Origin: a virus
Lineage: Duplodnaviria > Caudoviricetes
DNA length: 64,000 nucleotides
Reading direction: 5' to 3' (one strand)
IMG/VR virus record: IMGVR_UViG_3300005201_000042
Span: 22,116-86,115 of that record
Part shown: positions 9,751 to 19,228 of the stretch, piece by piece
How positions within the stretch are numbered: the stretch's first letter is position 1
Layout: every line of letters begins with the position of its first letter
The notes under the pieces: model-generated
The model's database searches: none
The model's input: only the letters and a program-made list of their open reading frames with translations
What the model was told of the DNA's origin: nothing
Made by a program: the position numbers and the translations under genes

Positions 9751-9759
9751 GTGGTGGGC
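9735..9759 (+). other. GC-rich hairpin preceding a class I promoter
   Basis: GCCCAC...GTGGGC with wobble-extended stem; same context as 4807-4831. Confidence 0.55.
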
Positions 9760-9778
9760 GTTCTAAAGACCGTCAAAG

Positions 9779-9817
9779 TTATACATCCTTGTTATCTCAA
9801 GATTCCAGTCGTATACT
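9779..9817 (+). promoter_or_regulatory. Class I promoter
   Basis: TTATACATCC-TTGTTA-N17-TATACT; ATG 7 nt downstream. Confidence 0.7.
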
Positions 9818-9824
9818 ATTTGAC

Positions 9825-10352
9825 ATGAGCAGGAAAACCGATAAAACTAAACAGAGTCTCTCTCTAATGACTAAGGAAGAACAGGAAAGTTTCTGGCTTT
9901 CACAAGTAAAAAGAAAGAATGCTATCTGGTCAATGTCTATGGTGGGGGATTTAACGGAACTTCCTGAGGGAGTGCCTTCGCCTGTTTATGAGGGTGGTCA
10001 ACAAATTGGGGTTGTGGATATTCCTTCTGAGCTTTATAAGCTTGTAGACATAAGTAGAAGTGTAATTGTGTTTGCTTCTAATATAACTAGCGATGGGGCT
10101 TCTAGTGCTTTCACGATTAATGCTCTGGGTGCTTGGGATGTTCCAGAGGTGGATTTTAATTGGGGCTTAACACAAGGGGTCAGAGATTTGGCTTTTAGGT
10201 GTAAGCGTTTATATCCTTGTAATGTTCCAAAGGGCTTTAATATAGATAGTCTTATTGAGTTGTTAACTAACGGGAACGTAAGATCTTTTATTCTGGATTA
10301 TGGTAAGTTACAAGATAATGTAAAAGAGATAATAAGGCAAAGGGGTCTTTAA
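9825..10352 (+). CDS. Hypothetical protein, probably leaderless
   Basis: ATG 9825 just after the -10 box; ORF from the track. Confidence 0.65.
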   Translation: MSRKTDKTKQSLSLMTKEEQESFWLSQVKRKNAIWSMSMVGDLTELPEGVPSPVYEGGQQIGVVDIPSELYKLVDISRSVIVFASNITSDGASSAFTINALGAWDVPEVDFNWGLTQGVRDLAFRCKRLYPCNVPKGFNIDSLIELLTNGNVRSFILDYGKLQDNVKEIIRQRGL

Positions 10353-10354
10353 CA

Positions 10355-12289
10355 ATGGCAGTAGAATTTGACGATGTAAAAGAGATAGTTCGGGCTGTGG
10401 CTCTCCGCTTGGATAGTCCTTCATCCAAATATAGTTTTATCTTTTCAGAGTCAGATGATGCAGTTGAGGTTAGTATCGAGGTTTCTGGTTCTCTTGACCC
10501 AATATTTGTTTTTGTGGTTGATGCAGAGCGGTTCAGGGTTCTCAAAGCTTTAGACCTTGATCAAGACAGCTACGTTTCTTTCGCTTATCACAGTCATGTA
10601 GAGCTTCTATCTTATATAATTCAATACTTCTACCCTGTTTATTTTAAGCTTTCTAATTACGGTACTCTTAATTCTATGTTATCAAGGGTTTTGGGTAAGC
10701 GAATTAGGATATGGAAAGATTTACTCAGGGTTATCTGTGAGGCTGGTCAGGTTGAGTTTTACGATCGAGGTAAGGTCTTTAAAGTGTTAGAAACTAATTT
10801 TGCCTATAATTTAGAAAATCAAACTCTCACGGTTTCTGGAGAGTTGAATGATGTTTATAAATGTCGAACCACTATGGAACTTATTACAACCTTGTTTACG
10901 GTTTTGGCTTACATTTTCCAGTTAAATGAGTTAGAGATAAACCCTCTTTTCGGTGTTCAACTTGTTGAAGAAGGGGATGATTCTTTATTTGACGCTGAGA
11001 TGGCTATGGGTGAAGACATTGATTCTATGGGTATGGGTGGGGGCGATATCGGTGGGGACATGGGAGAAGGGGAAGATTTAAGTAACGAGTTTGTCCCTGC
11101 TGGAGATTCTGTGGAGAATACTGCGCCAGATATGAGTGAAGGTAAGAATGAGATTATGGACGAGGTTAATGCTAATTACTCTCCTTCTAAAGGCAATAAG
11201 CCTATTTTGTCTGCTTTTATCACATCAGGGGGAGGTGCATGGTTTTCTCCTCAAGGAAAGTTTTACCTGCTCGATAGTTCTCATGAACAATTTGTGAATG
11301 AGAACGGAAGTCTTTTTAATTGTCCTACTTCGTTAAGTGGAGACGACCTTGTTTCTCATGCTTTAACTAAGGGCTGGGTACGTATTCGAGGAGAACAGTC
11401 AGATATTAACGTAGAAATTCACTCTGGTTCACGATGTGTTTCAAGGTTGTCTGCTGTGGCTCATTACTTGGTTAGTGAGGCAGGTCACGATCCATCCAGC
11501 TCTATTGCTTTAGATATTTACAGCTCTCCTGAGAATAAGGGAGTTTCTATAAGGTGCACCTTACAAGAGTTAATGGACGAATCTGCATCTATCCCTTCTT
11601 ATTTAACTTCTGCAAAGAATTACACAGTGGTTGAAGAAGCTGTCTACAAATCAGGGGGAGTTAAAGAACCAGTCTTTTCTGACTACGATGATAATATAGT
11701 TTTAGAGGCTTCTACTTCAGTCACTCCTGTACATAATGTTAGTGCTGCCCTCTTGGAAATTTTAGGTTTATGTGTGGAATACGCTAGAGAAGTTTCAGTG
11801 GCTTTTTCAAGGCTTGCAGCTGGTCGGTTTTTGATGAGTGCAAAAGGTGGTAGTGGTGTTGAGGAAGATGTGTCTGATTTTCTTGCCTATCTTAGTAAAA
11901 CAGAGTCTTATATAAGTCAGATTAACAGCAGATTAAGAGACGCAAAAAGACTTCAAGATGCAGGTTTACGAGGGAGTATTCAAGTAAAAGAGACTAATAG
12001 GTTTATTGATTCTCTTAACGACCGTAATTTGTCTATAGGTGCAGACTTCTTTGATTTATTAGAGCGGACAAAGGAAGCAGAGGAGGATTTGAAGGTTCTC
12101 CTGTCTGCTGTTGAGAAGGCTAAGTCCTCAATAGGAAATATGAGAAAATTGTTTTCTGAAACGGACGAGTTAATAACATATTTGGAAGTTCATAGTCCAA
12201 ATATAAAAGGGAAGGTGAATCATATAATACTTCCTTCCACAGAAGATCCTGACAAGCAAATAGTTTCTGAGGCTGTGTTTACAGAGTAA
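10355..12289 (+). CDS. Modular protein with acidic linker, GGxWxSPxG domain and C-terminal coiled coil
   Basis: 644 aa; FITSGGGAWFSPQGK...GWVRIR. Confidence 0.65.
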   Translation: MAVEFDDVKEIVRAVALRLDSPSSKYSFIFSESDDAVEVSIEVSGSLDPIFVFVVDAERFRVLKALDLDQDSYVSFAYHSHVELLSYIIQYFYPVYFKLSNYGTLNSMLSRVLGKRIRIWKDLLRVICEAGQVEFYDRGKVFKVLETNFAYNLENQTLTVSGELNDVYKCRTTMELITTLFTVLAYIFQLNELEINPLFGVQLVEEGDDSLFDAEMAMGEDIDSMGMGGGDIGGDMGEGEDLSNEFVPAGDSVENTAPDMSEGKNEIMDEVNANYSPSKGNKPILSAFITSGGGAWFSPQGKFYLLDSSHEQFVNENGSLFNCPTSLSGDDLVSHALTKGWVRIRGEQSDINVEIHSGSRCVSRLSAVAHYLVSEAGHDPSSSIALDIYSSPENKGVSIRCTLQELMDESASIPSYLTSAKNYTVVEEAVYKSGGVKEPVFSDYDDNIVLEASTSVTPVHNVSAALLEILGLCVEYAREVSVAFSRLAAGRFLMSAKGGSGVEEDVSDFLAYLSKTESYISQINSRLRDAKRLQDAGLRGSIQVKETNRFIDSLNDRNLSIGADFFDLLERTKEAEEDLKVLLSAVEKAKSSIGNMRKLFSETDELITYLEVHSPNIKGKVNHIILPSTEDPDKQIVSEAVFTE

Positions 12290-12290
12290 C

Positions 12291-12301
12291 TTTCGTATAA
12301 G
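12291..12301 (+). promoter_or_regulatory. Class II motif TTTCGTATAAG
   Basis: Exact 11-mer immediately after the stop at 12289. Confidence 0.6.
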
Positions 12302-12511
12302 TTGGTTGAGGTTTGTATAAACAAGGGTAGCCCTATCTTTAAGGAGGCGTTATGATAATCAATTATACAGAAGTGCATCACTTTGTTGGGGATCGCATTT
12401 CTTATGTGGACGGTTGTGCAGTTATAACCAACGGTGGTAAGTTTGTGAATCGTGTTCCTATTGAATCAATAGTGTCTATAGAAGAGGATGACGATGTTGA
12501 GGAGGTCTCTC

Positions 12512-12703
12512 ATGAATCTTAAACCTGGTGACGTTGTACAGTTAAATGGTTCTAAAGTTAAAATGGTTGTAGAGTGGGTGGATAAAAATAAAGTTCATTG
12601 TGTGTGGTTTGATCTTCAGAACTCCCTTGAAAGAGATTCCTTTAGTCATGAATGTCTCTTTCAAGATTTTCCAATATCGGGTTTAAGGTATGACATACAA
12701 TGA
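12512..12703 (+). CDS. YodC/DUF2158-like small beta protein
   Basis: LKPGDVVQL...MVV...VHCVWFD...F pattern; GGAGG RBS. Confidence 0.6.
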   Translation: MNLKPGDVVQLNGSKVKMVVEWVDKNKVHCVWFDLQNSLERDSFSHECLFQDFPISGLRYDIQ

Positions 12704-12965
12704 TTTAGTTTCATTCCTTCGTTCCACCTGCCCTGCTCATATTGAAGTAATGATGGGTGAAGACGATATGCTCTGTGTGGACGATCATACCTCTGGTTCT
12801 CAAGCCTATATTAAATACTCAGGTGGTTTAGACTTTTCACTTCAAGGTGTACACAATGACGACAAGACAGACACTAAAATATTTTCATTTAAAAACGAAG
12901 CCGAGATGTTAGCAATAATCACCCCAAAAGTTTTAGAGCTGTTGGACGGTGTCCGTAGGGTGTAG
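12690..12965 (+). CDS. Hypothetical protein
   Basis: 91 aa ORF coupled to the upstream gene. Confidence 0.6.
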   Translation: MTYNDLVSFLRSTCPAHIEVMMGEDDMLCVDDHTSGSQAYIKYSGGLDFSLQGVHNDDKTDTKIFSFKNEAEMLAIITPKVLELLDGVRRV

Positions 12966-12976
12966 CTATTCCATAC

Positions 12977-12984
12977 TTTATATA
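12977..12984 (+). promoter_or_regulatory. Class III motif TTTATATA
   Basis: Upstream of the portal RBS (AGGAGG). Confidence 0.6.
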
Positions 12985-13003
12985 AGTAGGAGGAGTTTAT
13001 GCT

Positions 13004-15043
13004 ATGCCGATGTTCACGTCTTTAAAAAGTAGGCTACCGCAGATAGGTGAGAAATTACAAAAGTTTATTTTAGGTGCAGATGACGAAGAGTTAATTTCAA
13101 GGGTAAAAAACTACACTAATCACGCTAGTTATGGAGCAGACATCTGGGGTGATTCTTCCTCTATGCAGACTCTTGGCTTGCTTCGTGAAGTCCCTGCAAT
13201 GCTTCGAGATCCTATTATTCAATCTTGTATCGGTATTATTATGGAGACTTCTTTTCAGATGAATGATAAGAATAAAGTTCTCTGGCCTGTGTCTTCTTAT
13301 GATTCAATCAAGAAGGAGTTAGAAAACTTCCATGAAAAAGTAAACATGAGCCAGCACGCAGTTATTCTGGGGTTTAATCTTTTACCGTGGGGTAATTTGC
13401 CTTACAAGCACCACTTTGATAAAGATGGTAAATTCTCAGACTTTACTCCTATTCCAGACTTCACAAAGGTTGTTCCTGTTGTTGTTTCTGGTAAGACCTT
13501 AGGGTTTATGGTTGGTAATCAGTTTTGTTTCCCTTACGAGTTTTCTTATGCTCAGTTAGAGTTCTATAAAAATCTTGGGGGGATTTACAAAAGTAACTTT
13601 GTACAGTTCTCAGGGAATATGGACGGTAAAGATGTATTCGGAGAGGACTTTCAGAATGAGTTTGTTGTTGCACCTTCTTATTTGTCCACTGCGGCAAGAC
13701 CGTGGAAGAATATAAATATAATTGAAGACGCTCTACTTTTAAATCGAATGGATCAATCTAATTACTACAGAATATTCTCAGTTCTGGTCGGAGGTTCTGT
13801 TACTTCTAAGTCAGCTATAAGGACTCTTAACTACTATCGTAACTTGTTTAAGAAGGTTCGCAGGGTGTCTTATAATTCTTCTGGTATGGCTTCATCTGGT
13901 GTAGGGAATGAGTTTGAGATAATACTTCCTAAAACTGAAAAACAGGGTTTAGAGGTTACTGACGTGGGAGGAACCGTGGATATTAAGGCTCTTAAAGACC
14001 TTGATGTTCAGTACAACAAGCTTTTTGCGGCTCTTAAGGTTCAACCCTCTCAGATTGGTTTTGGAGAGGAGCAGACAAACGCTATCGGGGATACTAATGG
14101 ACAGTCTTACGACCGGCGTTTAGCAAGAACCTGTAAGATGCTGGTTTACTCCGTTCAAAAGACAATCAAGAATTTTGATTATCTATACCTTCGCTCTCGA
14201 GGTTATGATGTTTCTTTAGATGACTGGTCTTATGGTTCTGTTTCTCTTTCTGTGTTGGAGGATCAAGATAGGGGTACAACTCTAAAAACTGCAATTGAAA
14301 ATTTAAAGAGTTTTGCTGAGGTTCTCACTTCTTTACAACTTCAAGAATACAATAAGTCTTATCTGGTTGAATCTGTCTTAGGTTCTGCTCTGTCTTCTGT
14401 TGGAGTGGATGTGAAAGAGCTATTAAAAGTTCCAGAGGGTCAGGAAGCACCTATGGAAGCAGAAGGTGGAGCTGAGGGTGCACCTCCCCTGTTAGCATCT
14501 AGGCAACCCAACCAAATAAATTATAAGAACGCCTATCTAACAAGTATGTTTGATACTATGGAGACAGTTAAGCTAGCTTCTCCAGAGATTATACAGTCCA
14601 TGCGAGCTTCTATGTTGGGAAAGGCAGATTCAAATGTTAAAATGATTTCATCTTCAAAAGGTTCTAATATTTTGCCAGCTGCTATTTTGGATGATACTAC
14701 TGCTTATACCTATCCTGAAGAAGCCCAGGTTGATTTAACTGGTCAAGTTGGTTTTATTCAAGGTGAGACTTCACAGATTGTTAGTGACTTGAATAAAGCT
14801 AAATCAAAGAAGTGTGAGGATATGGCTACACTTGATTTTAATACGTCTATTTTAGTTCCAAGTGATTTAAAGATGACTCTTGGAGATTACAACACTGCTG
14901 GTATCCGTGCTTTGGGTACAGGTTACATTAACTCAAGGGGTGAGGTAATTCTCACGAACAAGGCTGATGTGGCTACTTTCTTATCGATGAAGCGGTCTGG
15001 TTTACTGTCTTGTTTGGTTTCGCGGCTTTATCAGGTTCCGTAG
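13004..15043 (+). CDS. Portal protein, T4 gp20-like
   Basis: IIEDALLLNR...YRIFSVLVG and FEIILP...GLEVTDVGG...LDVQYNKLFAALKVQPSQ match gp20-family blocks. Confidence 0.85.
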   Translation: MPMFTSLKSRLPQIGEKLQKFILGADDEELISRVKNYTNHASYGADIWGDSSSMQTLGLLREVPAMLRDPIIQSCIGIIMETSFQMNDKNKVLWPVSSYDSIKKELENFHEKVNMSQHAVILGFNLLPWGNLPYKHHFDKDGKFSDFTPIPDFTKVVPVVVSGKTLGFMVGNQFCFPYEFSYAQLEFYKNLGGIYKSNFVQFSGNMDGKDVFGEDFQNEFVVAPSYLSTAARPWKNINIIEDALLLNRMDQSNYYRIFSVLVGGSVTSKSAIRTLNYYRNLFKKVRRVSYNSSGMASSGVGNEFEIILPKTEKQGLEVTDVGGTVDIKALKDLDVQYNKLFAALKVQPSQIGFGEEQTNAIGDTNGQSYDRRLARTCKMLVYSVQKTIKNFDYLYLRSRGYDVSLDDWSYGSVSLSVLEDQDRGTTLKTAIENLKSFAEVLTSLQLQEYNKSYLVESVLGSALSSVGVDVKELLKVPEGQEAPMEAEGGAEGAPPLLASRQPNQINYKNAYLTSMFDTMETVKLASPEIIQSMRASMLGKADSNVKMISSSKGSNILPAAILDDTTAYTYPEEAQVDLTGQVGFIQGETSQIVSDLNKAKSKKCEDMATLDFNTSILVPSDLKMTLGDYNTAGIRALGTGYINSRGEVILTNKADVATFLSMKRSGLLSCLVSRLYQVP

Positions 15044-15052
15044 TGGTGTTTT

Positions 15053-15612
15053 ATGGTAATTAGTCTAACTGAAGACGAGTATAAAGCCTTAAGAGATGGA
15101 ATGCTAAATACTCCCTATGAGTCAAACGGCATTAGAACTCTATTTACTGGTCTGTCAAATAATACCCGCTCTGTTATCTCAGTCAATGCAGAGACAGGTC
15201 TGTGCAAGTTCTACTTTGGTGACTATGACATGGATTTACCAAGAGGATGGTGAGTGTATATGGCTTGTTACGAATGTGGTTTCCTTTGGAAGTTGTCATG
15301 TAGGTTTTCCAATTACGTCAGGTGTGTGGATTATCCTTTTGTTAAGTGGGATAACTGTTCTGATTGTGTGGTTATTTCTTGGTGTCCTTATAAATTAAAC
15401 AGCAAGGAGTGCAGGTTACACAGGAGATGTGGAAAATAAAAGACACTGAACTTATATGGGAAGATTCTCCCTTCGATCCCTCAGAATTTATGTGGCTGAA
15501 TAGTGGTTTTGATATCTCAACTAATATCATACACAGTGTTGAACGTATAAATAACCCAATACGTAAGAAACCACTTTTACTTAATGATCTTATAGAGATA
15601 TTGTCTATTTAA
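15053..15612 (+). CDS. Three small hypothetical ORFs (15053-15253, 15254-15439 Cys-rich, 15409-15612)
   Basis: Tandem short plus-strand ORFs filling the portal-protease gap. Confidence 0.45.
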
Positions 15613-15633
15613 GTTGTCCTCTTTTGCACTCAC

Positions 15634-15641
15634 TTTATATA
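15634..15641 (+). promoter_or_regulatory. Class III motif TTTATATA
   Basis: Upstream of the protease RBS (GAGG). Confidence 0.6.
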
Positions 15642-15660
15642 CAAGTGAGCGAGGTGACCG

Positions 15661-16716
15661 ATGGGACAATGGATTTTCGGTAAGGCATCCCCTGTTTCTT
15701 TGTCTGATAAAGGCAAGCAGTTATTAAAATCTTCAGGTTGTATTGTAAGTGATTATGTTGGTGAGTCTGGTTCTTCCAGCAATGGTCTTCTCTGTACCTT
15801 TAAATCTGTTCCTATTGCCTTCTACGACGTTCCTACGCTCAATCAGATGGTATTTAGCCGTAAGCTCTGGGAATGTCTGTTAGAGAACCAATATCTCAAA
15901 CAATCAATGGAGAACGGTTCACACTATGGAGAGGCTAAACACGCCGACCGTGATGAGGTTTATCTTGATGAAATAGCTTGCAGGGTGAACAAGTTCTGGT
16001 TCGGTGATAACAATATTCTTTTGGGTGATGTAGACATTCCAGACACTCCTAAAGGACGAATTGTTCATTCCCTTGCTAAAATCAGCAGGGTTGGTATATC
16101 TTCCAGGGGTTTTGGCGAGTTAAGGAACAGGGACGATGGTTTAAAGGACGTTATTCCTGACCAGTATATGCACGTCTGCTGGGACATGGTTGCTTTCCCT
16201 GCTGTGCCTGACGCTCACATGACTTTAATTACTGGGGATTCACCTTATGACGAGACAATCAATATGTCCACGGAGCTTCGTAACTTGATAAGGGAGGCTT
16301 ATCAAAGGAATCCTAAAGACAAGGCTTTACAAAAGTTGGTTTCCACTGCAAAGATACCCACTGGTAAGAAGTACGATTTTTCACTTAAAAATGATCTAGA
16401 CAGAGCAATAATCTCTCATGAGTTAAAGAGGAGAAATAGTTATCCACCCTTGCATTCTAGAGGCATAAGTCGTATAATGAGTTCTAGAAGAACAATTTCT
16501 GCAGCAGTGGCTTATATTTCACAGGCAGTAGGTTCTTTTTATACTGGGGCTTCTTGGAGATTGTCTGTTGAAAATCTACCTGAGGCTACTTTGGATAATA
16601 AGGGTTCTGTTCAGTCTCTTAGTATTTACTATAAGGTAACTAATAAAGAGAGTAGAAAAACTTTTAATATCCGTGCAGTGGTTTCTTCAAATGGTTTTCA
16701 GTTAAGGAGGGGTTAG
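15661..16716 (+). CDS. Prohead core protease, T4 gp21-like, with C-terminal extension
   Basis: GEAKH (catalytic His), TPKGRI, GISSRGFG (catalytic Ser), WDMVAFPA. Confidence 0.88.
   Translation: MGQWIFGKASPVSLSDKGKQLLKSSGCIVSDYVGESGSSSNGLLCTFKSVPIAFYDVPTLNQMVFSRKLWECLLENQYLKQSMENGSHYGEAKHADRDEVYLDEIACRVNKFWFGDNNILLGDVDIPDTPKGRIVHSLAKISRVGISSRGFGELRNRDDGLKDVIPDQYMHVCWDMVAFPAVPDAHMTLITGDSPYDETINMSTELRNLIREAYQRNPKDKALQKLVSTAKIPTGKKYDFSLKNDLDRAIISHELKRRNSYPPLHSRGISRIMSSRRTISAAVAYISQAVGSFYTGASWRLSVENLPEATLDNKGSVQSLSIYYKVTNKESRKTFNIRAVVSSNGFQLRRG
16440..16478 (+). promoter_or_regulatory. Class I promoter embedded in the protease gene
   Basis: TTATCCACCC-TTGCAT-N17-TATAAT, read as YPPLHSRGISRIM(SS). 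Confidence 0.7.
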
Positions 16717-16718
16717 TT

Positions 16719-16907
16719 ATGGCTCAAGTTGTTAAGATTACTAAGGAGAATGAGAACAAGTACTTTTTTGACTTTAATGAGAAAGCTATCTTAAGTGGTA
16801 TGGAATCCGCTATTCCCCAGTTAGAGTCTTGGGGGGTGATTCCTAAACAATCTCCAAGAAGTAAAGAGAAAATTGCATCTACATTAAAAATTCTTAGTGG
16901 TAAATAA
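16719..16907 (+). CDS. Small hypothetical protein
   Basis: GGAGG-like RBS; C-half resembles the +1 frame of 16941-17169. Confidence 0.6.
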   Translation: MAQVVKITKENENKYFFDFNEKAILSGMESAIPQLESWGVIPKQSPRSKEKIASTLKILSGK

Positions 16908-16940
16908 TATTGTTTTAGTTATTTCTAAAGGGGGTCAGAG

Positions 16941-17169
16941 ATGGCAGAACGGATAATAATCAAAACTCCAGACCGTGTTATAACGGGAGATGAAGCCTTA
17001 AATTACCCTCTCTATAAATTGGGATTTTAAAGCTCAGTTGGAAGCCAGTCTTCCTCAACTAGATGCTTTACTTCGTTCTCATGGTGTTTCCGATCAGGTT
17101 CCTTCTAAAGACAAAGTAGCTGCTTCTCTGGATAAGTATAACAAACAGCATAATATTGTTGCTTCTTAA
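16941..17169 (+). CDS. Small gene interrupted by a +1 frameshift at GGA-TTT-TAA
   Basis: Frame 0 stops at 17028-17030; the +1 frame (KAQLEASLPQL...PSKDKVAASL) resembles MESAIPQL...PRSKEKIASTL of the upstream gene. Confidence 0.55.
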
Positions 17170-17175
17170 TAACTA

Positions 17176-17496
17176 ATGACCTTCTACCACAGAATTAGTG
17201 AGGAGCGATGGAAACAGATACAAGAAGACGGTGAGTTGTTTGGCATTTCCTGTGGTTTGGACGGCTGGGATAAGGTAAATAAAGACAGGGTTAACCGAAT
17301 GCGTTACACTTATCTTTCTCCTGATGACTGGGGAGAAAGTTATGGTACGGTTCTGTTAGTTGTTGAGTACGAGCCTAAGCGAGAGGACTTTGGTAAGAAA
17401 CATAACTACGGTTTTGATCCACCCCCAGGTCAACATTGTATTCAATTTTCTGTGTTTGAGCCTATTCCTTTATCTCAAGTAAAAAGAGTAAACTAG
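17176..17496 (+). CDS. Small protein with ADP-ribosyltransferase-fold-like motifs
   Basis: FYHRIS...IQEDG, TYLS, YGTVLLVV pattern. Confidence 0.4.
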   Translation: MTFYHRISEERWKQIQEDGELFGISCGLDGWDKVNKDRVNRMRYTYLSPDDWGESYGTVLLVVEYEPKREDFGKKHNYGFDPPPGQHCIQFSVFEPIPLSQVKRVN

Positions 17497-17612
17497 TTTT
17501 ATTTTCCCTATAATTCAAAAATTAAATATATTTTCTATTTTCTCTCCTCGATGATCTGTGTAAATAACTCTTGATATATTTCTGAAAAATCCTCGATTTT
17601 AATTTTCTTGTT

Positions 17613-17620
17613 TCTATATA
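17613..17620 (+). promoter_or_regulatory. Class III variant TCTATATA upstream of the capsid gene
   Basis: TATATA core in an AT-rich intergenic region. Confidence 0.5.
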
Positions 17621-17662
17621 AAAACATCCTAACAAGGAAATTTATTTAACGAGGTTAAACAA

Positions 17663-19129
17663 ATGATTGAATCAATGGATGAACAGGGTGTACGTTCTGC
17701 TCTGGCTAGTCGGTTTCAGAATGTAGCTGCTTCGGCAGGTGGGGGTAAACCCAGCATATATCAAGATCTAATTGCAAGTTCTGCCGCAGCTTACCAGAGG
17801 AAGTGGAAAAAAGAACTTCCCCAGTCTGTTAAAGCGGTTCTAATGCAGTCTCTTGATAAGATGACCCAGATATTCCAGAACCGTGATCGGGTTTCGAGAG
17901 AAACAATCATGTCTGCGGTGTCAGATATAGCTAAAGTAGACAATCCTATTACTCTGGCTTACAACCTGATGTCAATTCTTATTCCTAACTTTGCTTACAC
18001 TGAGGTTATCGGAATTCAGCCCATTCCTACAAAGGAATCTCCTGTTTTCTATCCGAGGATTGTGGCGAATGAGAATAGGAATAATGTGACAAAAGGCTCT
18101 GTTCTGCTTGGGTCAACAAACTGGACAGCAAGTAACTCGTTCACAACTAACCAGGTAGCTTCTCCTGTGACTGTTGGTAATACTACGGCTCTTTCTTTTA
18201 CTGCACCTGAAGGTAATATTACGCCGGGTAGCCTTGCGATTACATTGAAGCTTGTAGGCTTGGGTACTTACGTGGTGTTTGATGATGGTAAAGGGGTTTT
18301 AGTTCCTATTTCTGGTGTCACTGCCTCTACGGCTGGTACAGTAAACTACGCTACTGGTGGGGTTTCTTTAACCTTAGCCGCAGCGGCTCCAGCTAACTCA
18401 TCGGCATCCGCTCGCTATCGTTATGAGTTTGCAGATACTACAAAACCTGCACAGGCTAAGCTTGAATGGGTAACTGAGAAAGTACGTGCAGAACCCTACA
18501 GAATTCGCACAATTTACGAACTTGATGATTTCTTCCAGGTCAAGCAAGTTCTGAGCAACTACGATATTGACTCGGTTCTTTCAAGTTCGGTGGCAGGTTA
18601 TATAAACAAAGAAATCAGCGGGAATGTCTTTGATGACATTCTTCTGAAGACTGATGCTGACTTTGCGTGGAATTCGTCTAATCCGAGTGGTGTTGCTTGG
18701 GCGTTGCACAGGTTGTCTTTAATGCAGACATTTGTAAGGGCTGGCAATGGTATTCGTCAGAACATTGCACGTGCTGGAGGTAATATTGCCATCTGCGGTA
18801 ATGAGTGGATGAACTTCATTGAGACTTTGGGTGACGATCTTTGGAAACCAGAGAAGTTTACTGAAGAACCAATAGGGCCTTACGTTGCAGGTACTTTGGC
18901 TGGTAAATTCAAGATTCTTAAGAATCAGGATTACCCTGATACCAAAGCGGCAATGGTGTACAAAAGGGATGACGTGGATGCTTCAATTGTTGGTGGTGTG
19001 TTCATCGGTTTGTATGCTACTAACCCAGTGGCAATGGACGACCTTAAGGTTATTCAGGGCATGGGCACTCAGTTTGGGTGGCTCAAGACCTTTGATAACT
19101 CAATAGTGTCTCTTACGTTACAGCAGTAG
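17663..19129 (+). CDS. Major capsid protein, T4 gp23-like (HK97 fold)
   Basis: LIPNFAYTEVIGIQPI (cf. IA.D.CGVQPM), AKLEWVTEKVRAEPYRI, INKEISGNVFDDI; GAGG RBS; followed by a terminator. Confidence 0.9.
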   Translation: MIESMDEQGVRSALASRFQNVAASAGGGKPSIYQDLIASSAAAYQRKWKKELPQSVKAVLMQSLDKMTQIFQNRDRVSRETIMSAVSDIAKVDNPITLAYNLMSILIPNFAYTEVIGIQPIPTKESPVFYPRIVANENRNNVTKGSVLLGSTNWTASNSFTTNQVASPVTVGNTTALSFTAPEGNITPGSLAITLKLVGLGTYVVFDDGKGVLVPISGVTASTAGTVNYATGGVSLTLAAAAPANSSASARYRYEFADTTKPAQAKLEWVTEKVRAEPYRIRTIYELDDFFQVKQVLSNYDIDSVLSSSVAGYINKEISGNVFDDILLKTDADFAWNSSNPSGVAWALHRLSLMQTFVRAGNGIRQNIARAGGNIAICGNEWMNFIETLGDDLWKPEKFTEEPIGPYVAGTLAGKFKILKNQDYPDTKAAMVYKRDDVDASIVGGVFIGLYATNPVAMDDLKVIQGMGTQFGWLKTFDNSIVSLTLQQ

Positions 19130-19139
19130 TTAGAATTGT

Positions 19140-19170
19140 GTCTGCCCTAGCCTTCTAGGGCAGACTTCTT
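19140..19170 (+). terminator. Intrinsic terminator after the capsid gene
   Basis: GTCTGCCCTAG-CCTT-CTAGGGCAGAC then TTCTT. Confidence 0.7.
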
Positions 19171-19228
19171 ATAAATGTTATACCTTTGTGGGTATGTGGA
19201 TTGAAATAACTAAATCAAGGAGAGGAAA

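Noticed and set aside
4783-9780. GCCCAC/GTGGGC hairpins as IS200/IS605 ends or omega-RNA remnants
   Set aside because: Only a superficial resemblance; no TnpA/TnpB/IscB gene or paired ends. Kept as promoter-linked hairpins.
17535-17627. 30-aa minus-strand ORF (MFLYRNKKIKIEDF...) over the capsid promoter
   Set aside because: No convincing RBS or class I-III promoter; short ORFs of this size arise by chance in AT-rich DNA.
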